Source: Candidatus Tepidifontimicrobium thermophilum
GTDB lineage: Bacteria; Sysuimicrobiota; Sysuimicrobiia; Sysuimicrobiales; Sysuimicrobiaceae
Direction: 5' to 3'
Length of the DNA: 40,435 bases
NCBI GenBank assembly: GCA_031459915.1
Contig: JAVKHO010000020.1
Location: 1-40,435, forward strand
Part shown: in pieces, positions 25,874-35,110 of the stretch
How the letters are laid out: the number at the start of each line of letters is the position of its first letter
Position numbering within the stretch: the first letter of the stretch is position 1
Made by a program: the position numbers and the translations under genes
The notes under the pieces: model-generated
The model's input: only the letters and a program-made list of their open reading frames with translations
What the model was told of the DNA's origin: nothing
Databases searched by the model: none

Positions 25874-27136
25874 CTAACTGGCCGCCTCGAGGGTTCCGGC
25901 CACCGCCTGCAACGCCTCGTCCAGCACCGCGCAGGCCCGCTCCACGTGCTGCCGCTCCACGATGAGGGGAGGAGCCAGCCGCACCACCTCGGGGCGGTTG
26001 AGGGAGAAGAAAAAGATGACCCCGCGGGCGATGGCCTCCGCGCTCGCCAGCAGCGCCACGTCGGGGTCGGTGAACTCCACGCCCACCAGCAGCCCCTTGC
26101 CCCGCACGTCCTGTACCCAGCGCGGGTGACGGGCCGCCACCTCCCGCAAGCCTGCCTGCAGCACTTCGCCCATCTGGGCCGCGCGCTCAGGCAGGTTCTC
26201 CTCCACCAGCACCCTCAGGGTGGCTACACCCGCAGCACAGGCCGCAGGGTTGCCGCCGAAGGTGGAGGAGTGCAGGTACGGGTCGTCGGAGAACGCATCC
26301 CACAGGTGGGGTCGCGCCACGAAGGCCCCGATGGGCATGACCCCGCCGCCGAGCGCCTTGGCCAGGGTCAGGACGTCGGGTACGACACCCCAGTGCTCGC
26401 ACGCGAACATGCGGCCCGTCCGCCCCAGGCCGGTCTGCACCTCGTCCACGATCAGCAGTGCGCCCGCGCGGTCGCAGATCTCCCGGACCCGGGGCAGGTA
26501 GTCGTCGGGCGGTAGCCGCACCCCGCCCTCTCCCTGGATGGGCTCCACGATCACCGCGGCCACCTGCTCGTCCACCGCCTCCGCCAGGGCGTCCGCATCG
26601 CCGAAGGGCACGTGGCGGAAGCCGGGCACCAGCGGTTCGAAGGGCCTGCGGTACTTGTCCCGGCCCGTGGCGGAGAGGGCGCCGAAGGTCTTGCCGTGGA
26701 ACGCCCCCTCCGTGGCCACGAAGTGCGGGCGGCCAGTGGCAACCCGGGCCAGCTTCAGCGCGCCCTCCACCGCCTCGGCCCCGCTGTTGCAGAAAAACGA
26801 GTACCTGAGGTCTCCCGGGGTGAGCTCTGCCAGCAGGGCGGCCAGCTCCGCCTCAGGCCGTCGGGGCATCGCCCGCACGGACATGGGCATGCGTTGGATC
26901 TGCTCCACCACCGCCTGCACGACCCTCGGGTGCCGGTGGCCGAGGGCGAACACCGCCGGGCCTCCGGAGAAGTCCAGGTACTCCCGGCCGTACACGTCCC
27001 GCACCACCACCCCCTGGGCCTCCCACTCTACGGTCTCCACCCCGCCGAAACGGTACAGCTTCACCAGTCCGGGGTTTACAAACTCCGCGTACTTGCGCAG
27101 GGTGTCTTCCACCAGCTCCTGGGGGTTCGGGACCAA
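25874..27136 (-). CDS. patA: Class III aminotransferase, putrescine aminotransferase-like (420 aa)
   Basis: VNPG..., TPGDLRYSFFCNSGAEAVE, FHGKT.GALS, EPIQGEGG, DEVQTGLGRTG, LAKALGGG.MPIG, HSSTFGGNP, resembling YgjG/PatA; GGAGG RBS before TTG 27136. Confidence 0.78.
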   Translation of the reverse strand: MVPNPQELVEDTLRKYAEFVNPGLVKLYRFGGVETVEWEAQGVVVRDVYGREYLDFSGGPAVFALGHRHPRVVQAVVEQIQRMPMSVRAMPRRPEAELAALLAELTPGDLRYSFFCNSGAEAVEGALKLARVATGRPHFVATEGAFHGKTFGALSATGRDKYRRPFEPLVPGFRHVPFGDADALAEAVDEQVAAVIVEPIQGEGGVRLPPDDYLPRVREICDRAGALLIVDEVQTGLGRTGRMFACEHWGVVPDVLTLAKALGGGVMPIGAFVARPHLWDAFSDDPYLHSSTFGGNPAACAAGVATLRVLVEENLPERAAQMGEVLQAGLREVAARHPRWVQDVRGKGLLVGVEFTDPDVALLASAEAIARGVIFFFSLNRPEVVRLAPPLIVERQHVERACAVLDEALQAVAGTLEAAS

Positions 27137-27138
27137 GG

Positions 27139-27606
27139 CTACCCTCCGGACGCTGTGAGGGAGGCAAGGGCCTGCTGGGCCCGCCGCAGGATCTCCCGGG
27201 TCTCCTTGTAGCGCACCCTCCGAAGCGCTTCCTCCAGCGGGACCCACTCCGCGCCCACGAAGCCCTCCTCGCGCTGCGGGGAAGGTTCCTCGCCGCCCTG
27301 CCACTCCAGCAGGTAGTAGTGCACGGTCTTGTCGTAGAAGGTCCGGTCCGGCCGCCAGTAGAACCGGTACCGCTCCTCGCCCAGGTCTGCCACGCGCTTC
27401 AGGTTCCGCAGCCCTGTCTCTTCCATGACCTCCCGCAGGGCCACCTGCTCGTCCGTCTCACCGGCCTCGGTGGTCCCCTTGGGGAGCATCCACCGGCCGT
27501 TCTCGTGGCGCAGGAGCAGGACCTCCGGCCCGGCCGGTGCCAGCCGGTACACCACGCCGCCCGCGCTGAAGGCCCGCTTCACCTTCTGGGTCTGCTGCCG
27601 CGGCAT
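27139..27606 (-). CDS. Nudix hydrolase (Ap4A-hydrolase-like, 155 aa)
   Basis: SAGGVV, W.LPKG, complete Nudix box G-TTEAG-E-TDEQVAL-REVMEETGL, KTVHYYL. Confidence 0.9.
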   Translation of the reverse strand: MPRQQTQKVKRAFSAGGVVYRLAPAGPEVLLLRHENGRWMLPKGTTEAGETDEQVALREVMEETGLRNLKRVADLGEERYRFYWRPDRTFYDKTVHYYLLEWQGGEEPSPQREEGFVGAEWVPLEEALRRVRYKETREILRRAQQALASLTASGG

Positions 27607-27676
27607 CCGACCACCTGCCCCCGTCCGCGCGCCAGCCCCCGCCGGCCTGTGTCCGCGGGAACCGTCCCCTGGCAGA

Positions 27677-28123
27677 CTAGGCCCCTAGGACCTCGCGGAC
27701 CAGCTCCGCCACCCGCCTGCCGTCCGCGCGGCCCTGCGCCCTGGCCATCACCCAGCCCACCACCCGGCCCGCGTCTTTGGGGCTTGAAGCGCCCGTCTCC
27801 TGCACGGCCTGGCGGACCAGGACCCGCAGCTCCTCGTCCGACAGCGGCTGGGGCAGGTACTCCATCAGGACCGCCATCTCCAGCTCCTCGCGCCTGGCTG
27901 CCTCCTCCCGGCCGCCTCGCCGGTAGGCCTCGATGGCCTCGCGACGGCGCTTCACCTCCCGGCGCAGGATCTCCTGGACCTCCCCGTCGGACAGGGGCCT
28001 GCCGCGCTCGATCTCCGCGTTGTGGACCGCGGCACGGGCCAGCCGCAGGGTCGACACCCGCACCTCGTCCCGGTTCTTCAACGCCTGCCGCAGGTCTTCC
28101 GCCAGCCGCTCCGCCAGAGCCAT
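27677..28123 (-). CDS. yqeY: GatB/YqeY domain protein (148 aa)
   Basis: L..DL..ALK..D..R.STLR, KRRREA...Y..GGR, E...L..YLP..LS, GRADG..V; follows rpsU. Confidence 0.9.
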   Translation of the reverse strand: MALAERLAEDLRQALKNRDEVRVSTLRLARAAVHNAEIERGRPLSDGEVQEILRREVKRRREAIEAYRRGGREEAARREELEMAVLMEYLPQPLSDEELRVLVRQAVQETGASSPKDAGRVVGWVMARAQGRADGRRVAELVREVLGA

Positions 28124-28133
28124 CCAGCCCTCC

Positions 28134-28167
28134 AAACGAACCGGGCTCCGAAGGGTTCGGAGCCCGG
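28134..28167 (-). terminator. Intrinsic terminator after rpsU
   Basis: 12-bp stem CCGGGCTCCGAA/TTCGGAGCCCGG (28141-28167) followed by TTCGTTT on the minus strand. Confidence 0.7.
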
Positions 28168-28192
28168 CCCTGTCGCCTCGCGGTGCGAGCCG

Positions 28193-28366
28193 TCAGCGGG
28201 CCTTGCGCGCCCGCTTGGCCGCCTTCCGCCTGCGTCGGTCGCTGGGCTTCTCGTAGTGCTCGTGCCGCTTGGCCTCCACGAGGATCCCGGAGCGCTGGAC
28301 CTGGCGCTTGAACCGGCGGAGGGCGCTGTCCAGCGACTCGTCCTTGCCCACCCGGACGGTAGCCAC
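28193..28366 (-). CDS. rpsU: 30S ribosomal protein S21 (57 aa)
   Basis: [18 protein letters not shown]...[29 protein letters not shown] before GTG 28366. Confidence 0.96.
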   Translation of the reverse strand: MATVRVGKDESLDSALRRFKRQVQRSGILVEAKRHEHYEKPSDRRRRKAAKRARKAR

Positions 28367-28418
28367 GTTCACACCTCCTTCCGGCACAGCGCGCGCTGCG
28401 TTGATGGCTGATGCTAGG

Positions 28419-28447
28419 ATTGTAGCACAGCCTGTCGGCTCCCCCAA
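28419..28447 (-). promoter_or_regulatory. Putative sigma70 promoter of rpsU
   Basis: TTGGGG-17 nt-TACAAT with TGn extension. Confidence 0.6.
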
Positions 28448-28506
28448 ACCCGCGTGCGGCTACGTTCTAATCAGGGGAAGCCCGGGAGAGGAGTGCGGGG
28501 GAACTG

Positions 28507-29814
28507 TTGACCTCCTCCCACACGCCCGAGGGTGCCGCGTCCCGGCCTGCGGCGGAAAAACCAGGGTTCAGGCGCCCGGCGGGCCACTCGGCTGCCTACC
28601 GCGCGTACGCGGCGGCGTGGGGCTTGGTGGGCCTGTTCCAGCTGCTGGTGGGCCTGCCGCAAGCCCTGGCCGCACCGCCCGGCCTGCTGGGCCTTCTTCT
28701 GGCCCTGTCCGCGGCGGGCAACCTGATCGTGGTCCGCTTTCCCGGAGAGGTGCTGTTCACCATGCAGGGGCCGGTGGCCCTGGCGGGTGTGTGGCTTGCT
28801 GGCTGGCCTGTGGCCCTGCCCGTCAACCTGGTCTCCGGAGCGATCCTCGCGGCCACCCAGCGCGCCAGTACCTGGCGGGGGGTGCTGTACTTCGGCAACG
28901 CCACCACGGGGATGCACGTGGCAGACGGGGTCTTCCGCGCTCTCGCAGCCGGCCCCCTCGCTCTGGCGGCTTCACCCGCGGACGTGGCCGCCCTTCTGGT
29001 GGCCGGGACCACTTTCGGCCTGGTCACCGGCGCTGTGGTTTCCGTGGGCAAGTTTCTGGACACCGGGGACCGGACGCACCTGAAGCCGGCTCGGTGGGCC
29101 CAGCTCGGGCTGGTCTCCCTGGTCCTCTACGTCCCCCTCTCGTTCCTGATGGTCACCGCCTTGCGCGTGGGGTCCGGTGGCAGTCTGCTGGCAATCAGCG
29201 TGTGGGTGCTGGCCAGCCTGGCGGTCAAGGGGTTGGCGGAGACCCGGGAAGCCAACCGCCGGCTGCAGGTGGCGCTGAAGTCCCTGGAAGAGCTGGCGGT
29301 CACCGACCCTCTGACGGGCCTGTACAACCGGCGCAGGTTCGACGAGGCCCTGGCGTGGGAGTGCCAGAGGGCCGCACGGTCCCGGAGTCCTGTGTCGCTG
29401 CTGCTGGCGGACGTGAGGGGCCTCAAGCGCACCAACGACCGGCTGGGCCACCAGGCGGGCGACGCCGTCCTGAGGGCGGTGGCGGACGCCGTCCGTAGGA
29501 CGGTACGGGCCACGGACCTTGGCTTCCGCATTGGCGGGGACGAGTTCGCAGTCCTCCTGCCGGACACCGACTCCGGCGGCGCAGCACTGGTGGCACAGGC
29601 GGTGGTGCAGGAGGTCGAACGCACGCGGGTCTGGTGGGAGGGGAACGAGCTACTGGCCCGGGTGACCCTCGGCACCGCCACGTGCCCGGACGACGGCACC
29701 ACACCGGGTCAGGTCACCCTGGCCGCGGACCTGGCCATGTACCGGGCCCGGGCCGCTGGCCGTTCCGTGGGCCAGGCCAGCGGTCCGCTGGCTCTGCCTG
29801 CCTCTGGCTTATAG
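28507..29814 (+). CDS. Membrane-bound diguanylate cyclase (GGDEF, 435 aa)
   Basis: Multi-helix hydrophobic N-terminus; TDPLTGLYNRR, KRTND..GH.AGD, RxxD I-site (RATD), intact GGDEF. Confidence 0.9.
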   Translation: MTSSHTPEGAASRPAAEKPGFRRPAGHSAAYRAYAAAWGLVGLFQLLVGLPQALAAPPGLLGLLLALSAAGNLIVVRFPGEVLFTMQGPVALAGVWLAGWPVALPVNLVSGAILAATQRASTWRGVLYFGNATTGMHVADGVFRALAAGPLALAASPADVAALLVAGTTFGLVTGAVVSVGKFLDTGDRTHLKPARWAQLGLVSLVLYVPLSFLMVTALRVGSGGSLLAISVWVLASLAVKGLAETREANRRLQVALKSLEELAVTDPLTGLYNRRRFDEALAWECQRAARSRSPVSLLLADVRGLKRTNDRLGHQAGDAVLRAVADAVRRTVRATDLGFRIGGDEFAVLLPDTDSGGAALVAQAVVQEVERTRVWWEGNELLARVTLGTATCPDDGTTPGQVTLAADLAMYRARAAGRSVGQASGPLALPASGL

Positions 29815-29822
29815 GCACACCT

Positions 29823-31058
29823 TCAGTCCCACCGCCGCTCGTCTACCAAGACGCGGTCCACCTGCCCCAGAGCGCCGGGAGGCAGGATCTCCACCTCAGC
29901 CCGCAGAGTGGTGAGCGCCTGCACGGATTCCGCGAACCGCCGTGCGAGGTCGGGGTCCTGCGGGTCTGCCTCCACCTTGGCCAGCAGCTCGTCGCGGTCC
30001 GCGGTGCGGCGGACCACGAACTGGAACCGCTGCACTTCCGGGTGCCTCGCCGCCGCCTCCCGCAGCTGTCCCGGGTGCACGAAGACGCCCCGCACTTTCA
30101 CTGCCTCCGCCACCCGGCCGAGGATCCCTGCGAGGCGCGGCGCGGTCCGGCCGCACGGGCAAGGCTGTTCCACCAGCACGGAGACGTCGCCGGTAGCGAG
30201 CCGCAGCAGCGGGTAGGTGGGATCCAGCAGGGTGACCACCACCTCCCCGGGCTGCCCGGGCGGCACCGGCTGGTGGGTGTGCGGGTCCAGGAGCTCCACC
30301 AGGCACCGGTCCAGCAGGTGCATCCCGTCCTTGCGGGGACACTCGTACGCCACCAGGCCCACGTCCGCGGTGCCGTACGCCTGCTGCGTGCGCAGGCCTC
30401 GGGCCTCGAACCTCGCCCTCAACGAAGCCGGAAGAGGCTCCGCGGTCACCAGGGCCACCTGGAAGTACGCGGGCAGTCCCAGGTCGTCCATGCGCTGCAG
30501 GAGGGTGGCGAGGAAGCTCGGGGTGCCCGCGTAGCCTGTGGCCCGCAGCTGCGAGGCCGCCCGCGCCTGGATCTCGGTGTTGCCCACCCCTCCCGGCACG
30601 ACCACCGCACCCAGGACCTGAAACCCGCCCTCCATCATCCACGCGGCGGGAGTGAGGTGGTAGGAGAAGGTGTTGAGGACCACGTCGCCCGGCCGGAAGC
30701 CCGCCGCGTGCAGCGCCACCGCACAACCCCAGTAGTCGGGGCCCGGCCCCTCCGGGTCGAAGATCGGGCCCGGGGACACGAACAGCCTGCGGACCCGCTC
30801 CCACCACACCCAGCCGCCCAGCGGCCACCGCTCGGCCTGCACCCGCGGCAGATCCTCCTTGCGGATCAGGGGCACCCGCCGGAGCTTGTCCAGGTTCACC
30901 TCCCCGTCCAGCAGTCCCGCCTGCTGCGCTCTCTCCCGCGCTGCCACAGCCCCCGTCTGCGACAACACCTCCTGTAACCGCTCGAGCTGGCGCGCGAGCC
31001 GGCGGTCAGGAGGCAGCGCCTCTTCGGGCGCGAACAGACGGTCGGTCCGGTCCACCAC
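29823..31058 (-). CDS. Phenylacetate-CoA ligase (PaaK/F390 synthetase-like) family protein (about 411 aa)
   Basis: F.SPGPIFDP, FSYHLTPA, YAGTPSFL, AYGTADVG, PLLRLATGD, CPCGRT, KVRGVFVHP; start uncertain. Confidence 0.85.
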   Translation of the reverse strand: MVDRTDRLFAPEEALPPDRRLARQLERLQEVLSQTGAVAARERAQQAGLLDGEVNLDKLRRVPLIRKEDLPRVQAERWPLGGWVWWERVRRLFVSPGPIFDPEGPGPDYWGCAVALHAAGFRPGDVVLNTFSYHLTPAAWMMEGGFQVLGAVVVPGGVGNTEIQARAASQLRATGYAGTPSFLATLLQRMDDLGLPAYFQVALVTAEPLPASLRARFEARGLRTQQAYGTADVGLVAYECPRKDGMHLLDRCLVELLDPHTHQPVPPGQPGEVVVTLLDPTYPLLRLATGDVSVLVEQPCPCGRTAPRLAGILGRVAEAVKVRGVFVHPGQLREAAARHPEVQRFQFVVRRTADRDELLAKVEADPQDPDLARRFAESVQALTTLRAEVEILPPGALGQVDRVLVDERRWD

Positions 31059-31125
31059 GCCGAACCCCACCTCGGTCCTGAGGGTTGGACGCGCAGCCCG
31101 CCCGTCCCTGCCTCTCCGTCCCCCG

Positions 31126-31154
31126 TTGCCCCCCAATCCCCCGCGCCCTACGAT
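31126..31154 (+). promoter_or_regulatory. Putative sigma70 promoter of the polyamine operon
   Basis: TTGCCC-17 nt-TACGAT, about 40 nt before ATG 31193. Confidence 0.55.
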
Positions 31155-31192
31155 AGGGTCTGTTGTTTAGGACCACCGGAGGAGGTACCTGC

Positions 31193-31654
31193 ATGTGGAG
31201 CGTACCGAGAGCCGTGACCGTCGCTACGGGTGCGGGCGAAGGGTCCACGGAGGTCAACGCCTTCGACCGGGCCCTACTGGACGCGGGGATCGCCAATTTG
31301 AACTTCCTGCGGGTCACCAGCATCCTCCCCGCGGGCGCCCGTCTGGTCCCCATGCGCCGGGTGCCGGAGGGGACCCTGATGCCCGCGGTGTACGCGCGCA
31401 TCACCAGCCACATCCCCGGGGAGCGCATCGCGGCCGCGGTGGGCGTGGGGTTCGGCGAGGACAGCTACGGGGTCATCATGGAGTACTCCCACAAGGGGAC
31501 CGCGGAAAACGCGGAGCAGATCGTCCGGCGCATGGTGCGGGAGGCGTTCGACGTCCGCGGCCTGCGGCTTCGGGAGGTCGTGGTGGGAGTCCGGGAGCAC
31601 GTGGTGGAGCGCATCGGCTGCGCGGTGGCCGCGGTGCTCCTGTGGCCGGACTGA
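31193..31654 (+). CDS. pdaD: Pyruvoyl-dependent arginine decarboxylase (153 aa)
   Basis: G.GEG.T..NAFD.ALLDAGI.NLN...VTSILP (T-S autocleavage site), YG.IME; GGAGGAGG RBS. Confidence 0.9.
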   Translation: MWSVPRAVTVATGAGEGSTEVNAFDRALLDAGIANLNFLRVTSILPAGARLVPMRRVPEGTLMPAVYARITSHIPGERIAAAVGVGFGEDSYGVIMEYSHKGTAENAEQIVRRMVREAFDVRGLRLREVVVGVREHVVERIGCAVAAVLLWPD

Positions 31655-31703
31655 GGCTCCGCTTGTCGGGGGTACATGCCGAAAGGCGTAGGAGGGAGGA
31701 GGA

Positions 31704-32546
31704 ATGACCGACTGGCTGTGGGACCACGGGGGCGAGGGATTCGCCCAGGCCTACCGGGTGGACGAGGTGCTGCTGGACCTCCAGTCTCCCTACCAGCGGA
31801 TCCGGGTCATCCGAACCCCGCTGTTCGGCCGCATGCTGATCCTGGACGACGCGGTGCAGACGTCGGAGGCGGACGAGTTCTGCTACCACGAAATGCTCGC
31901 CCACCCGCCGCTTTTCACCCACCCGCACCCCCGCCGGGTCCTGATCATCGGGGGTGGAGACGGCGGGCTCCTGGAGGAAGTCCTCAAGCACCCCGTCGAG
32001 CGGGTGGTGATGGTGGAGATCGACCGCATGGTGGTGGACGCCACCCTGCGCCACATTCCGGAGATCCCCGGCGGCGCGTTCGACGACCCTCGGGCGGAGC
32101 TGAGGATCGAGGACGGCTTCGCGTATGTGCGAAACACCCCGGAGCGGTTCGATGTGGCCCTGGTGGACTCCACCGACCCCCAGGGACCCTCGGTCCCGCT
32201 CTTCGGCGAGGCCTTCTACCGTGACCTGCACCGCGTGCTAGGCGAAGACGGTATTCTGGCGGTCCAGAGCGGTTCCCCCCTGTACCAGGCGGAACTCATC
32301 ACCCAGGTCCGGCGCAACCTGCGGCAGCACTTCCCCGTGGTGCGGACCCTGCTCACGTACGTGCCCAGCTACCCGGGCGTGCTGTGGACCTTCACCCTGG
32401 CGTCCAAGCGCCTCGACCCCGCGGAGCTGTCCGCTGACGAGGTCGACCGCCGCGTGGCCGGCTTCGGGCTCCGCTACTACACGGGCGCCCAGCACCGGGC
32501 GGCGCTGAACCCGCCGCCGTTTTTGAAGCAGGTGCTGGAAAGCTAA
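31704..32546 (+). CDS. speE: Polyamine aminopropyltransferase (spermidine synthase family, 280 aa)
   Basis: SPYQ.I, GRML.LD..VQ....DEF.YHEM, VLIIGGGDGG, VEID, VDSTDP, VPSYPG. Confidence 0.93.
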   Translation: MTDWLWDHGGEGFAQAYRVDEVLLDLQSPYQRIRVIRTPLFGRMLILDDAVQTSEADEFCYHEMLAHPPLFTHPHPRRVLIIGGGDGGLLEEVLKHPVERVVMVEIDRMVVDATLRHIPEIPGGAFDDPRAELRIEDGFAYVRNTPERFDVALVDSTDPQGPSVPLFGEAFYRDLHRVLGEDGILAVQSGSPLYQAELITQVRRNLRQHFPVVRTLLTYVPSYPGVLWTFTLASKRLDPAELSADEVDRRVAGFGLRYYTGAQHRAALNPPPFLKQVLES

Positions 32547-32561
32547 CCTGAGGGCAAACCC

Positions 32562-33410
32562 GTGGCGACGGCCTTCCTGGGCACGGGGGTCGGGGGCCCG
32601 GCCAGGGTCGCGCTGATCGGGGTGCCGTACGACCGGACCCAGTCCTTCCGCAGGGGAGCTGCGGCGGGGCCCGGCGCGGTCCGCGAGGCGTCGTGGAGCC
32701 TGGAGACGTACAGCCCCGTCCTGGAGGTGGACATGCTGGAGGCGGGAGTGCGTGACCTGGGAGACCTGGACGTGGCGGACCTGGACCCACCCGCCATGGT
32801 CCGACGTGTCCAGGAGGCGGTCGATGGACTCGCCCCAGGCGTTGTCCCGGTACTCCTGGGCGGGGACCATACGGTCACCGTGGGCGCGGTGCGGGCTCTG
32901 GCCGCCCGCTTCCCGCAGCTGCGGGCGGTGGTGTTGGACGCGCACCTGGACCTGCGCCACCACTACGAGGGGAGTCCGTGGTCGCACGCGTGCACGGTCC
33001 GGAGGCTCTGGGAAGCGCTCGGGGACGCGCGGGTGGTGCTGCTCGGCGTGCGCTCGGGCCTGAAGGAGGAGTGGGAGTTCGCCCGGCGCCACTGTCGGTG
33101 GGTGGGCGGGTCCCTGGCACTCCCGGAGGCCGTGCACGCGGAGCTGCGCGGGTACCCGGTCTACCTGAGCGTGGACTTGGACGTGGCCGACCCCGCGTAC
33201 GCCCCTGGGGTCGGGAATCCTGAGCCGGGCGGGCCTGCCCTGTCCGATGTCCTGCAGGCCCTGTACCTGCTCCGGGGCCTCCCCGTGGTTGGCATGGACC
33301 TTGTGGAGGTCGCTCCTGACCTCGACCCTTCGGGTGCCACCGCGGTAGCCGCGGCGAAGCTGGTCCGGGAGATGGTCCTGGCCTTTTGCGGTTCAGCGCC
33401 CGCCCGGTGA
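32562..33410 (+). CDS. speB: Agmatinase / aminopropylagmatine ureohydrolase (282 aa)
   Basis: GVPYD.T.SFR.G...GP..VR.AS, GGDHT, DAHLD, SHAC, S.DLDV.DP..APG.G.PEPGG, D.VEV.P. Confidence 0.92.
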   Translation: MATAFLGTGVGGPARVALIGVPYDRTQSFRRGAAAGPGAVREASWSLETYSPVLEVDMLEAGVRDLGDLDVADLDPPAMVRRVQEAVDGLAPGVVPVLLGGDHTVTVGAVRALAARFPQLRAVVLDAHLDLRHHYEGSPWSHACTVRRLWEALGDARVVLLGVRSGLKEEWEFARRHCRWVGGSLALPEAVHAELRGYPVYLSVDLDVADPAYAPGVGNPEPGGPALSDVLQALYLLRGLPVVGMDLVEVAPDLDPSGATAVAAAKLVREMVLAFCGSAPAR

Positions 33411-34634
33411 GGCACCCGGCGCGCCGGCCAGGACCCGCTCGAACCGTTCCATCTCCTCCACCAGGGACGGCACCACGGCGCGTGTGAGGGACCCTGCGGC
33501 CCGTTCTGAGGGCTGTCCCGCCAGCAGCACGCGCACCTGCCGGAACGTGAACCCGCGGTCCCGCAACTCCGCCACCCGCTCCGGCCTGACACCGAGAGCG
33601 TGCGCCAGCTCGGAGACCCGACGCGCCTCAAGCGAGGGGTCCGCCTCCGCGGAGGAGACGAACTCCCGGAGCACCCCGAGCGGCGCGTCTGCCACCGCGG
33701 CGAAACTCATCCCCCGCCGCTCCCATACCAGGAGCCGCAACAGCCCGGCCCCGTACGACCGGACCACCGTGCTCCCCACGCGGAGCACCTCGCCGCCAGG
33801 AGGACTGCCCACGCGTCCGGCGGGGACCTGGAAGAGCGACACGGTGCTGACGCCGTCCGAGTACTGGAGCAGCGCCGCCCTGGCGCTGCCCAAGACCGCG
33901 ACCCCGCCCCCGCGGTACCGGAAACCCTCGGGCAGGTCTGCCGGCGCGGCCAGGGGAAACCCCACCGCCCGGGCCAGCTCACTCAGCCGCCGGGCCCCCA
34001 GGGACGGCGCAGTGAGCTCCACCAGCCGGGCACCCCGGGGTCTGGGGACGCGGAACAGCTCCTCTGGCACGGGACCGAAACTGATCCGGGTGACGGTGCT
34101 GGCGTAGTACACGCCGCGTTCCGCGTCCCAGGCCTCGGACTTGAGCACCAGGCCCGTGGACCGGTCCACCCACAGCCGCCGGGTGGGGCCGCCTGAGGCC
34201 GGCAGCACCGCCAGCAGGTACGTGGCGCGGCCCGCCACCACGTCGGTGCCCAAAAGCCGCACCGTGGTGTTCTCCGGAAGCGGTAGGACCTTCCCCACCG
34301 CGGCCCTGGCCAGAGAGGGGCCGCGCACCAGGAGGTGCAGGGACGGTTCGTAGTGCCATGAGGAGAGCCCGTCGTCTACCAGCAACCGACCGGCCAGCCT
34401 CCGGGGGGCCAGGAACTCCATCCGGTAAGTTGCCGGCCGCCGGTGCCAGATAGCCACCCGCAACGTCTCCGCGCCTTCCGCCCGCGGGACCGTGAGCACC
34501 TGCAGCGCCTCGTAATCCGTCCGCAGGGGAGCCTCAGCGGCGCGGCGCAGCACCGCAAGGGGCGTGGGGGCCGGCCCGGACGCAGACGCGCCCAGCACCA
34601 CCGCCGCGGCCGCCAGCAGCGCGACAGCCTTCAC
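33393..34634 (-). CDS. MucB/RseB-like (LolA-fold) extracytoplasmic sigma-factor regulator (413 aa)
   Basis: Signal peptide; RMEFLAP, VAGR.TY.L...P, RLWVD..TGL.LK.E, LP.GF, YSDG.STVSLFQ; coupled to the anti-sigma gene. Confidence 0.78.
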   Translation of the reverse strand: MKAVALLAAAAVVLGASASGPAPTPLAVLRRAAEAPLRTDYEALQVLTVPRAEGAETLRVAIWHRRPATYRMEFLAPRRLAGRLLVDDGLSSWHYEPSLHLLVRGPSLARAAVGKVLPLPENTTVRLLGTDVVAGRATYLLAVLPASGGPTRRLWVDRSTGLVLKSEAWDAERGVYYASTVTRISFGPVPEELFRVPRPRGARLVELTAPSLGARRLSELARAVGFPLAAPADLPEGFRYRGGGVAVLGSARAALLQYSDGVSTVSLFQVPAGRVGSPPGGEVLRVGSTVVRSYGAGLLRLLVWERRGMSFAAVADAPLGVLREFVSSAEADPSLEARRVSELAHALGVRPERVAELRDRGFTFRQVRVLLAGQPSERAAGSLTRAVVPSLVEEMERFERVLAGAPGASPGGR

Positions 34635-35110
34635 CGCTGCTCCTCCGCCGGTCGCTCACCCAGCAGTTCCAGGGTGGCGTCCGTGAGGGCCACACCCAGG
34701 TACGCGCGGTCCACCAGGGGGTCGGTGGCGGTGTGCGCCACGTGCTGCCACGTGTAGCCGTGGACCCCAGGTTCCGACGCGCGCAGCCGGTCCAGCCCGC
34801 CCCGGACCAACGGGAACAGGCCCACCGCCGCAGCCGCCACCACCGCGCCCACCCACACAGCCTGCCGCATCCGGGCCGGCTTTGGCCCGGTGGCGCGACC
34901 CAGCGCCGCACGGAGGATCCGGCCCTCCAGGTCCGGCGGCGCAGGGCGCGGCGGCAAGCTGCGCAGGAGGTCGCGCAGCCGGACCAGCTCGCGGTACTCT
35001 GCCTGCGCCTCCGGGTCCTGCCGCAGCCACTCCTCTACCTGTCGGCGCTCCTCCGGCGTGACCTCTCCGTCCACGTAGGCGCTCAACAGGCGCTCCCACG
35101 CCCGGTTCAC
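34631..35110 (-). CDS. Transmembrane anti-sigma factor (zf-HC2-like, zinc ligands absent, 159 aa)
   Basis: LLSAYVDGE.TPEE...VE.WL..DPEA, LP...PP.DL..RI, single TM; GTGA overlap with sigma gene. Confidence 0.82.
   Translation of the reverse strand: MNRAWERLLSAYVDGEVTPEERRQVEEWLRQDPEAQAEYRELVRLRDLLRSLPPRPAPPDLEGRILRAALGRATGPKPARMRQAVWVGAVVAAAAVGLFPLVRGGLDRLRASEPGVHGYTWQHVAHTATDPLVDRAYLGVALTDATLELLGERPAEEQR

Noticed and set aside
33393..33410. Convergent 18-nt overlap of speB and the RseB-like gene
   Set aside because: Short 3' overlaps are common in compact GC-rich genomes; no further signal
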